Of a stretch of DNA of 23,244 nucleotides, positions 8,773-17,022 are shown in pieces. Each line of letters starts with the position of its first letter. Within the stretch, counting starts at the first letter, position 1. Source of the stretch: a bacterium (GTDB lineage Bacteria; Arandabacterota; Arandabacteria; Arandabacterales; JALGWA01); NCBI GenBank assembly GCA_050125095.1, contig JASFEA010000035.1, forward strand, positions 1 to 23,244. The letters run 5' to 3'. The notes below the pieces were generated by a model, which was not told where the DNA came from, ran no database searches, and worked only from the letters and a program-made list of their open reading frames with translations. The translations under genes and the position numbers were made by a program.

Positions 8773-11195
8773 GGACGCTTATCCCCATGATGCTTCTTGT
8801 GGCGGTCGTGCTGGCCTTCTTCTCGAATGTTCTATTCGGTGACCGCGTTCTGCTTTCGACCAACCCCGCGGCGTACGAGCCCTGGGCCCACTACGCGGGC
8901 GAAGAAGCCAGGGGTGACCGGTCCTACAGGACGGACGCGTTATTGACGTACCTGCCGAGGCAGGCCGAGCTGTCGCGCAGGATCCGGAGCGGGGACTTCC
9001 CGCTGTGGAATGCGAGTACATACTGCGGCGCGCCCTTCCTTGCCGACCCGCAGTCGAGAGTCCTCTACCCGCTCTCCCTGGCGCTGGCCTTCGCAGACCC
9101 GGCCCGGGCCATGGGCTATGATGTGGTGATTCACTTCATTATCGCAATGCTGGGGATGTACCTGTTCCTGCGGGCGGCCGGGGCCGGGGCGGCGGGGCGC
9201 CTTCTGGGCGCCCTTTCATACGGCTTCTCGTCCTTCATGTTCACGCGCACGGGCCACCCCACATTCGTGGCTTCCGCCGCTTACGTTCCCTGGTTCATAT
9301 TCGCGCTGGAGACGGTGCGTGGCGGGTGGCGTTTCGGCGGCCCGTTCCTGGTATTGCTTCTCGCCCTGGGTTATCTTGCCGGTTTCCCCCAGGTATTCCT
9401 CTTCGGCGCGGCGACCCTGGTTATTTACGCCGTCTGGACGGCCCTGGACGACGCCGCAAGGGGCCTCGGGCGCAGGGCGTTCGCGGCCCTGCCGGTCGTC
9501 GCAATTGCCGCGGTCCTCTCCGCGATGGTCGTCGCGGTGCAGCTGATTCCCTTCCGCGAATATATGCAGAACTCCGTGGGTCTGGGGTTGACCTTCAGGG
9601 CCATGGCCGAACATCACATCTGGCATCCGGCATTCCTTCTCCGGTCGGTTGCCCCCGGTCTCTTCGGCACGACGGCGGAGGGTACGAGCTGGCTTCCGCT
9701 CATGAAGCAGGGCGTGCATCATCAGGATACGGGTCTCTTCATCTATGTCGGCGTCGCAGGTCTCCTGCTCGCGCTGGGGAGCCTCGCCTTCGCCCGGCGG
9801 TCGCGCCACATAAGAGCTCTCCTTTTTATCCTCCTCTTAAGCGTGGGAATAGGGACGAGCTCGGTCCTGCTTCGAGCGGCCTATTTTCTGCTGCCCTTCA
9901 TCAAGTACTCCCAGGTAGACAGAATCTCGGTGATATCATGCTTCGCCCTCTCGGCGCTGGCGGGACTGTCCCTCTCGATGGCGGCCGACGTGAAATACGG
10001 AGCTTCGAGAAAGGCGTTCAGGATCATCATCGTCACGGCGGCTCTTGCCATCGCCGTTGCGGCGGTGTTTTCGCTTGCTGCAGGCGACTCAATAATCGCC
10101 GGTCTCGCCGAGCGCGCAGCGGGGACCTCGCCGAACGCCTGGCAAAGGCCCAGCACTGAGCTCGCGGGGAAATGGCTTGCCGGCGACTTCGCGGGATGGC
10201 TGGCGCATGAGAGGAGGGAGGTGGCGAGGGCCCTCTTATTGTCATTGGCCTCGGTAGCCCTCCTCCTGGGAGTGACCCGGACAAGCGGGCGGCGTTTTTT
10301 TGTGCAGCACATCGCCACCGCGGCGCTGCTGCTTCTTATAATCCTGGATACAGGAGGTGCCGCCCGGGCTTACTATGTTACGCAGGCATCGGACACCCTG
10401 TTTGAAACCCGGGGGATCGCTTTCCTCAAGCAGGCACTCGGCGACCGGGGCATGTGGAGGGTTATCAACCTCCCGTCCGGGAACGAAGCGCTCCCGCCCA
10501 ACACCAATCAGATCTTCGGCATTCATTCCATAAGGGGGAGGTCAACCCTCTTTCCCGAGGCCTATCTTTCACTGTTGATGTATACGCGGTCCGTCGGGGA
10601 GGAGCTCCGCGCGACCGGCTCAGAGGCCGAAGCCCCGGCCGGAGCGGCCGAGGTGGCCATGGCGGCGAGGGTGGCCTGCGGCAGGTACTTGTTCGCTCCG
10701 GCGTCCGGGGCCGGCGAGGCGCTTCCTGAGGGTTGCTCCCTGGTGCATGAGTCCGATATCCGGGTATATGAAAACCGGAATGCTCTGGAGAAGGGTATAG
10801 TAATCCCGAAGACTTCACCGGGCGGCGCGCCGGGCAGGATCAGGACAGCGGATCTTCTATTCAGCCCGGACCTCGATACCTGCGGCACATGCGCATTGGA
10901 ATCCTATGAAGACGAGAAGGTCGTGATGAGGGTGAAGTCCTCCGCGGATTGCTTCGTGGTCTTTCAGGATCTCTTCTATCCCGGCTGGGTGGCGCGCGTG
11001 GACGGCTCCCGGGTGCCTGTGTTGGGGACCGACCTTGGTTTCCGGGCGATACCGGTTCTCAAGGGCGAACATATCGTCGAGATGGAATACAGGCCGCGAA
11101 GTGTTACTATTGGAATGTTGATCACCTTTCTGGGAATCGCGTTGAGTATCGTCTATGTCGCGAAAACGTCGAGAACACAAAAGCCCCGCGGCTGA
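8769..11195 (+). CDS. YfhO-family polytopic membrane protein (GT-C-fold glycosyltransferase), paralogue 2, 808 aa
   Basis: Start taken as ATG 8769 (ATGA overlap, GGGGAG upstream) rather than 7962. TDALLTYLP...GDFPLWN....CGAPFLAD, AG.PQ, C-terminal QDLFYPGWVARVDG...FRAIPV.KGEH.V.MEYRP plus a terminal TM helix. Collinear with paralogue 1. Confidence 0.88.
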   Translation: MRTLIPMMLLVAVVLAFFSNVLFGDRVLLSTNPAAYEPWAHYAGEEARGDRSYRTDALLTYLPRQAELSRRIRSGDFPLWNASTYCGAPFLADPQSRVLYPLSLALAFADPARAMGYDVVIHFIIAMLGMYLFLRAAGAGAAGRLLGALSYGFSSFMFTRTGHPTFVASAAYVPWFIFALETVRGGWRFGGPFLVLLLALGYLAGFPQVFLFGAATLVIYAVWTALDDAARGLGRRAFAALPVVAIAAVLSAMVVAVQLIPFREYMQNSVGLGLTFRAMAEHHIWHPAFLLRSVAPGLFGTTAEGTSWLPLMKQGVHHQDTGLFIYVGVAGLLLALGSLAFARRSRHIRALLFILLLSVGIGTSSVLLRAAYFLLPFIKYSQVDRISVISCFALSALAGLSLSMAADVKYGASRKAFRIIIVTAALAIAVAAVFSLAAGDSIIAGLAERAAGTSPNAWQRPSTELAGKWLAGDFAGWLAHERREVARALLLSLASVALLLGVTRTSGRRFFVQHIATAALLLLIILDTGGAARAYYVTQASDTLFETRGIAFLKQALGDRGMWRVINLPSGNEALPPNTNQIFGIHSIRGRSTLFPEAYLSLLMYTRSVGEELRATGSEAEAPAGAAEVAMAARVACGRYLFAPASGAGEALPEGCSLVHESDIRVYENRNALEKGIVIPKTSPGGAPGRIRTADLLFSPDLDTCGTCALESYEDEKVVMRVKSSADCFVVFQDLFYPGWVARVDGSRVPVLGTDLGFRAIPVLKGEHIVEMEYRPRSVTIGMLITFLGIALSIVYVAKTSRTQKPRG

Positions 11196-13533
11196 TCAGG
11201 CGGGCCACGGGCGGGAGGGGCGGCAAACGGGTCGCGGGATTGCGGTCTCGGACCGGACCGTATTCTTCCTGATTGCAGGCCTTGCCATAACCCTTCGGGT
11301 CGCTTACGCTCTGGCCTCGAGGCGGAGCCCCTTCTTCGACCATCTGGACCTCGACTCCAAGTTCTACGACACATGGGCCAGGCAGATAGCGGGCGGTGAG
11401 TGGGTCGGCACAGAGGTCTTCTTCATGGGGCCGCTATACCCCTACTTCCTGGCAGTGATCTACAAGGTAGCGGGCACGGGCCTGATCACCGTCAAGATCG
11501 TCCAGGCGGTGATCGGCGGTTTTACCGCGGGCGGCGTTTTCCTCCTCGGAAAAGCGGCCTTCAACCGCACGGCGGGTCTAATAGCAGGTCTCATTGCGGT
11601 TTTCTACGTTCCTTTCATATACTACGACAGCGCCATACTGCTCCCGGTGCTGGCGACCTTCCTCAACACATTCATGCTCTACTTCCTCGTTGTCGCCGTC
11701 ACGGGGAGAGATGCGCGAGCTTATCTCGCCGCGGGGCTTCTCGCGGGGCTCTCGGCTGCGGGCAACGCCAGCATACTCGCCTTCGCCGTCGTGGCCTCGC
11801 TTTTCGCGCTCCTGGCGGGCGGCGGGAGACTGATGAGCCGGGTCAGGATGTGCGCCGTGTTCGCAGCGGGTATCGCCGTGATCGTCCTCCCCATAACCAT
11901 AAGAAACGCGGTGGTTGGCGGGGACTTCGTGCCCCTGACATCCAACGCGGGCCTTAACCTGTACATAGGCAATCACGATGCTTCCACAGGCGCCTATGTC
12001 AAACCCGAGGGCCTTGACGTCTATACCGACCCGGAAGGGGACACGATAGCCGAGGCCGCGCTGGGACGCCATCTCAAACCCTCCGAGGTTTCAAGGTGGT
12101 GGGCCGGGCGGGCCATTGAGTACATAGGGGACAATCCCGGCGGCTTCGCGGCCAATCTCCTCCGCAAGACTTTCTTCTTCTGGTCGGTCTACGAGGTGCC
12201 GCAGATCGAACACCTTGCTTTCGAAAAACGCTACTCGGGCCTGCTCCGAATTCCGTCTCCTTCATTCGGCATAGTCTGCCCGCTCGGCATAATGGGCATC
12301 ATTCTCGCGTTCAGAAAGAGAAAGAGCGCCAGGCTGCTCTTTCTCTACATACTCACATACTCGGTCACCATCATTTCATTCTTCGTGGTGGCGAGGTACA
12401 GGCTGCCAATGGTGCCGGCGCTCATGGTATTCGCCGCTTTCACCATTACCTGGCTTGTCGGGGCCGGCGTCAGAGGGCGGTACAGGAAACTCGTTCCCGT
12501 CGCCGCCGGCATCGCGCTGCTCACGGTGGTCGTGAATACAAACTTCTACCGCGTCAATCCCTTGAGCGGCTTCGCCCAGTCGTATTACAGGCTCGGCATA
12601 ATACACGGCCAGAAGGGCCGGCCCGACGAGGCCCTGGAGAGCTACAGCAGGGCGCTTGAGCTCGATCCCGATATAGTGCCGGCGCGCGTGGCCGTGGGCA
12701 TACTGCTTTCCCAGGGCGGCATGTACGCGGAGGCCAAGAAGGAGCTCAAGGCGGCTGCCCGGCTCGACTCGACCTATGAGAAGGCCTTCTACAACCTGGG
12801 ACTGGTTTACTCCGAAGAGGGCCGTCCCGACTCCGCCCTAATGATGATGGAAAGGGCTGTCGAGCTCGACCCGGACTACGGCCTGGCGAAGGTGGGGGTT
12901 GCCGCCTCGCTCTATGAGATGGGAGACATCGACCGGGCCGGGCCCATGCTGGCGGAACTCGCCCGGGACCCCGCGCTCGGCCAGGGCGCCATGAACCAGG
13001 TGAGATTCCTGCTGGGCTTCGCGCCGTCGCGGAGGGCCTGGCTCAAGGGGCGCGACCGCCCGAACCAGCGGCTCTCGGACGCGCATCTTCTCCGCGGCGA
13101 CATCATGGTCTCGATCCTCCTCATGGAACGCGCCCTCAGCGAGTACGAGGAGGCCATAAGGATCGACCCCAAGTCGGCGGCCGCGTACTACCAGGAAGGC
13201 ACCATATACTTCAGGCGGGGCGACCTGGATCGCAGTCTTGCGAGCCTGGAACGCGCGCTCGAGGCCGATCCCGGATACGAGGGCGCCAATCTCGCCGTGG
13301 GCATCATAAAGGTGAGGAAAAAGGAATACGGGCAAGCCTGCAGGGCGTTCGAAGCGGAGCTCGGCGTCAATCCGAATTCGGCCGACGCGCATATGAACCT
13401 TGCGATGTGCTATGAAAGGTATTTGATTGATAATGAGAAGGCGCTCTACCATCTGGAGAAATACGCGGACCTTACCGGGGGCACTCCTGAGATAGAAGCG
13501 CGCATACAGAAGCTCAGGGGGGAAACGGAATGA
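11155..13533 (+). CDS. GT-C (PMT_2/ArnT-like) membrane glycosyltransferase fused to C-terminal TPR repeats, 792 aa
   Basis: LDSKFYDTWARQIAGG, FMGPLYPYFLA, SNAGLNLYIGN, ARYRLP motifs in the membrane part. TPR units from about 12574 (AQSYYRLG...ALELDP, AFYNLG...AVELDP, AAAYYQEG...ALEADP, ADAHMNLA). Overlaps the upstream gene by 41 bp. Confidence 0.85.
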   Translation: MSRKRREHKSPAADQAGHGREGRQTGRGIAVSDRTVFFLIAGLAITLRVAYALASRRSPFFDHLDLDSKFYDTWARQIAGGEWVGTEVFFMGPLYPYFLAVIYKVAGTGLITVKIVQAVIGGFTAGGVFLLGKAAFNRTAGLIAGLIAVFYVPFIYYDSAILLPVLATFLNTFMLYFLVVAVTGRDARAYLAAGLLAGLSAAGNASILAFAVVASLFALLAGGGRLMSRVRMCAVFAAGIAVIVLPITIRNAVVGGDFVPLTSNAGLNLYIGNHDASTGAYVKPEGLDVYTDPEGDTIAEAALGRHLKPSEVSRWWAGRAIEYIGDNPGGFAANLLRKTFFFWSVYEVPQIEHLAFEKRYSGLLRIPSPSFGIVCPLGIMGIILAFRKRKSARLLFLYILTYSVTIISFFVVARYRLPMVPALMVFAAFTITWLVGAGVRGRYRKLVPVAAGIALLTVVVNTNFYRVNPLSGFAQSYYRLGIIHGQKGRPDEALESYSRALELDPDIVPARVAVGILLSQGGMYAEAKKELKAAARLDSTYEKAFYNLGLVYSEEGRPDSALMMMERAVELDPDYGLAKVGVAASLYEMGDIDRAGPMLAELARDPALGQGAMNQVRFLLGFAPSRRAWLKGRDRPNQRLSDAHLLRGDIMVSILLMERALSEYEEAIRIDPKSAAAYYQEGTIYFRRGDLDRSLASLERALEADPGYEGANLAVGIIKVRKKEYGQACRAFEAELGVNPNSADAHMNLAMCYERYLIDNEKALYHLEKYADLTGGTPEIEARIQKLRGETE

Positions 13534-14795
13534 CAGGACGCGGCCTGCTGCTGGGGGCGTTATTGCTCGCGGCGGCGTGCGCTCTGTTTTTCTTTTCATG
13601 TTCCTCCGAAGCCGACCGTCCCACGAAGGTGATTGTGTTCGGGGTGGACGCGGCCGACTGGGGAGTGATGGACAACCTGCTTAAGGAAGGCAGACTCCCC
13701 AATTTCCAGAGGCTCATCGACGAGGGCGCGACGGGAATATCCAAGACCCTGATTCCCCTGACCAAGTCGCCGATTATCTGGACGTCCATCGCGACCGGCA
13801 AGGTCCCCGAGAAACACGGAATCGGCGGCTTTGTAAGGGTGGCCGCAGACGGTGACACCATCCCGTATACGGGCAACGCCCGGCGCGTCAAGGCCCTCTG
13901 GAACATCCTGAGCGACGCCGGCTATACAGTCGGCATCGTGGGCTGGATGGTCACGTGGCCTGCCGAAGAGGTGAACGGCTACATGGTCTCGGACTACGTG
14001 CAGTACGAGCAGGAGCGGAGCATCAGGCTGGACAGGCAGACCTATCCGGAGGAGCTCTTCCGGGAGGTGGATCACCTGAGAGTCATTCCGGGAAACGTGA
14101 CCGACGCGGAGGTGGCACGCTTCTACCCGGTTTCAGCTTCGCCGGAGGAAGTCCAGGCCGCGCCCTGGCACAAAAGCTATGTCAAGATGATATATGCCAC
14201 TGACGAGACCATGAGGCGCATTGCGCTTGACCTTGCGGAGAGAGATGTCAATCTTCTCGCGGTGTATCTCAACGGGGTCGATTCGTTCGGTCACGCGTTC
14301 TGGCATCACCGGACGAATGTAAAGGAAAGCCCGCTGTCTGAGATTATCGACAAGTACTACCTTTGGGTCGACGAAACCCTCGGCGAATTCATGGAACTCA
14401 TTGATGACGACACTATTCTGATTGTGTGCTCGGACCACGGCTTTTACGGGCCCCGGCGGAGGCCCGACGGCGGTCTGATGCTCGGCATCTATATGCACGG
14501 CGAGAACGGCATAATCGGCCTGATGGGTAAGGGCGTAAGAAAGGGCGGGAGCATTGTAGACGCCGACGTTCTCGACATAACGCCCACGATTCTCTACGCC
14601 CTGGGGCTGGAGGTCGGAAAGGACATGGACGGACATGTTCTGACCGACGCATTCGAGCCGGACTTCTTGAGGTCAAACCCGGTGGAATTCGTCTCCACCT
14701 ACGAGACCGGTGACCGCGAGTACGGCGAGCCGATCAAGACCCCCCATGATGAGAAGATAAAGGAAAGACTCCGCGCGGTGGGCTACATGCAGTAG
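13530..14795 (+). CDS. Exported alkaline phosphatase superfamily protein, probable lipoprotein, 421 aa
   Basis: Hydrophobic N-terminus ending FFFSC. FGVDAADW, KSPIIWTSIATGK.PEKHGI (Ser nucleophile), GVDSFGHAFW, CSDHGF, DITPTILYALG, C-terminal IKERLRAVGY. ATGA overlap. Confidence 0.88.
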   Translation: MTGRGLLLGALLLAAACALFFFSCSSEADRPTKVIVFGVDAADWGVMDNLLKEGRLPNFQRLIDEGATGISKTLIPLTKSPIIWTSIATGKVPEKHGIGGFVRVAADGDTIPYTGNARRVKALWNILSDAGYTVGIVGWMVTWPAEEVNGYMVSDYVQYEQERSIRLDRQTYPEELFREVDHLRVIPGNVTDAEVARFYPVSASPEEVQAAPWHKSYVKMIYATDETMRRIALDLAERDVNLLAVYLNGVDSFGHAFWHHRTNVKESPLSEIIDKYYLWVDETLGEFMELIDDDTILIVCSDHGFYGPRRRPDGGLMLGIYMHGENGIIGLMGKGVRKGGSIVDADVLDITPTILYALGLEVGKDMDGHVLTDAFEPDFLRSNPVEFVSTYETGDREYGEPIKTPHDEKIKERLRAVGYMQ

Positions 14796-14802
14796 AACCC
14801 CG

Positions 14803-16842
14803 TCACTCTCCCTCTTCGCGGTCGTTCCTGATGCGATAGAGGGTAACCCTGTTGGCCGAATGCACGGGCTCGAGGTAGGAGTCAATCAGCTCCCTGAGCC
14901 TGGCGATATCCGCGCCGCGGTACTGCCTCGCGAAGACCTCGCCCAGCAGGTCGTTTACAAGCACGTAATTGAAGCCCATGGCCGCGATCCTGTCCCTGAG
15001 ATCGCGCGCGTCGCGCGCGCCGGCGACGATGCGCATGACTGTTGACGCCTCGAAGAAGCTGTCTGCCAGATAAGGGCGATCGAGGTGATAGGCCCTGTTC
15101 TCCCAGATCATGAACACGGCCTCACCCGTCGGTAGCACTGCGTTCAACTGCTTATAGAGGCTGAAGGGCTGGATGGTGCGCTCCAGGAACCGCTCCCTGG
15201 GCTCCAGGCCGAGAGCGGCGGCGAGTCTCTCGCCGACCGCGTCGCCCACCCACGGGCGGCCGTACTGATTGGGTGCCGCCAGGGTCGCGACCTCCACGAA
15301 CAGCACTGCCACGAGCACGAAAGTCACCCACCGCTTGCGTGGCCGCCTCTCCGCCGCGTTCCGGCCGTCGTTCCCGTCCCCGGCGTCGCTCCCGCCCCGG
15401 GCGCCGCCTTCGCCCGCCGCCTCCGCCAGACCCGCGGCCCCCGCAAGCGCGAAGAGCGCCAGGGCCGGCATCAAGAATCGCAGCTGCTGCGACGTCATCG
15501 CCCAGAATGCGCCGAGGGCGAGACCGGCGATTGCCGGTGCCAGGTTGCGTTTGCGCCGTCTGACGAGCACAAGCGGGAGGAGGATAAGAAACACCGGGCT
15601 TATGGTACCGTCGAAACGCGCGTAGTTGAGACCGGGCCTCCCCCTGACGCTGACGTTGAAGGGCAGCGCGAGATACTCGCCCGGTCCCCGTCCCATGCCC
15701 ATGGCCCTCTGCCATGTGAGGAGCCGGCCCTGCTGCACTTCGTCCCAGTTGGCTCCATCCAAGCGTCCCTCGAGCATCGGGTAGACCGGATTTCCCGTGT
15801 TCAGGCCCTGGCGCACGAACCACGGCATGAATACCGCTGCAGCGACGGCGAGTCCCAGCGCCAGATAACGCAGAGGGAAGGACTTCCTGTTGAGAAGCGC
15901 CGCGAGGCCAAAGAGCGAAAGTGCGGGGGCTATGCCCGTATACTTGACGCCCATCATGAAGCCCGCGAGCGCCGACACTACGATTGAGGACCTGAGTGCG
16001 GCCCTGCCGGATCGCCTCTCGAGCACCATGCCGACCGCCGCGAGGTAGACGAAGGCGAGCAGTATGTCTATGTTGCCCACGACCCTGTGGTCCAGCACGA
16101 GAGGCTGGACCAGAAACGCGCTCGCCGCCAACAGCCCGAACACCCTGGGGGCGGCTCGGGTCACGAGGGAGAGCAGGGCCAGCGGGGCCGATATGAGAAG
16201 CGCAAAACAGAACAGCGCGACTCCCGTCTCACCCGCCGCGCAATAGAACATGGTGAAGATCATCTCTCCGTAATGGGGCATGTTGGCGTATACGTTATAC
16301 GGCAGGTAGGCCATGCCTCCCTGCTCGCAGTAGATCTTGGGCAGGTTGAAATGGTAGACAAGCGAGTCGTTTGCCGTTACCGGGGAGACGCAGTTTATGA
16401 AGCCTATGATGAGCGCGACGGCCATCAACGCCAGGAATGCGGCCTCGATCGGCCCCAGCCGTGCCGCGCCGGCCCGGCCCAGGGCGGCCAGAATGTCGAG
16501 CGCCCTGCGGTAGGAGACAGCCAGCAGTACGGCGGCAAGTGCAAAGACCAGGTAGCGGCTCAGAATTCCGGCCGCACCCGCGGCGAATCCGGCAACGCCG
16601 AGGATGGCGAGCCCCACGGCAAGTCCCTGCAGGCACCCGGCCAGCGAGACATGCCGCTCGCCCAGTACCTTCAGGCCGAAAGCGCTGCATGCCAGGAGGA
16701 TGAACAGCACCGCGAGCGAGGAGGCGAGGATACCGGGAGCCCGGTTCTCGATGACGAACGGACCGAACTGGTAGTAGATGAAAAGGGCCGCCAGCAATAT
16801 GAGCCATGCGGCGGCCGCTGCGACCGCAATCTGTCGTCCCAC
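14803..16842 (-). CDS. Putative GT-C-fold polytopic membrane glycosyltransferase, 679 aa
   Basis: GTG start with GGAGG at 16851-16847. PVTANDSLVYHFNLPK (D...YH..P outer-loop motif), GVKYTG, PWF....TGNPVYP, QQLRFLMP, C-terminal soluble domain. Confidence 0.78.
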   Translation of the reverse strand: MGRQIAVAAAAAWLILLAALFIYYQFGPFVIENRAPGILASSLAVLFILLACSAFGLKVLGERHVSLAGCLQGLAVGLAILGVAGFAAGAAGILSRYLVFALAAVLLAVSYRRALDILAALGRAGAARLGPIEAAFLALMAVALIIGFINCVSPVTANDSLVYHFNLPKIYCEQGGMAYLPYNVYANMPHYGEMIFTMFYCAAGETGVALFCFALLISAPLALLSLVTRAAPRVFGLLAASAFLVQPLVLDHRVVGNIDILLAFVYLAAVGMVLERRSGRAALRSSIVVSALAGFMMGVKYTGIAPALSLFGLAALLNRKSFPLRYLALGLAVAAAVFMPWFVRQGLNTGNPVYPMLEGRLDGANWDEVQQGRLLTWQRAMGMGRGPGEYLALPFNVSVRGRPGLNYARFDGTISPVFLILLPLVLVRRRKRNLAPAIAGLALGAFWAMTSQQLRFLMPALALFALAGAAGLAEAAGEGGARGGSDAGDGNDGRNAAERRPRKRWVTFVLVAVLFVEVATLAAPNQYGRPWVGDAVGERLAAALGLEPRERFLERTIQPFSLYKQLNAVLPTGEAVFMIWENRAYHLDRPYLADSFFEASTVMRIVAGARDARDLRDRIAAMGFNYVLVNDLLGEVFARQYRGADIARLRELIDSYLEPVHSANRVTLYRIRNDREEGE

Positions 16843-16869
16843 ATGCCCTCCGCACCGTCGGGTTGTCCC

Positions 16870-16899
16870 ATGTTATGCCGTTATCTCGGGCAATGGCAA
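16870..16899 (-). promoter_or_regulatory. Candidate sigma70-type promoter for the minus-strand GT-C gene
   Basis: On the minus strand TTGCCA (16899-16894) - N18 - TAACAT (16875-16870), about 28 nt upstream of the GTG start. Confidence 0.4.
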
Positions 16900-16912
16900 G
16901 GGGAAAAATGGC

Positions 16913-16941
16913 TTGACACCCCCAAATGGCTTACTTATAGT
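16913..16941 (+). promoter_or_regulatory. Sigma70-type promoter for the lipoprotein gene
   Basis: TTGACA (16913-16918) - N17 - TATAGT (16936-16941) in an AT-richer intergenic region. Confidence 0.8.
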
Positions 16942-17022
16942 CTTCCCGGTAAAGCAGACCAAAAATTACCAAGAATCGGGCTTGATTCTTCCCTCTATGC
17001 AACAAGTCTGGAGGTTTGCACC

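Noticed and set aside
16087-17022. 884-aa ORF extension antisense to the GT-C gene
   Set aside because: Crosses a clear promoter; the RBS and lipoprotein signal place the start at TTG 17023.
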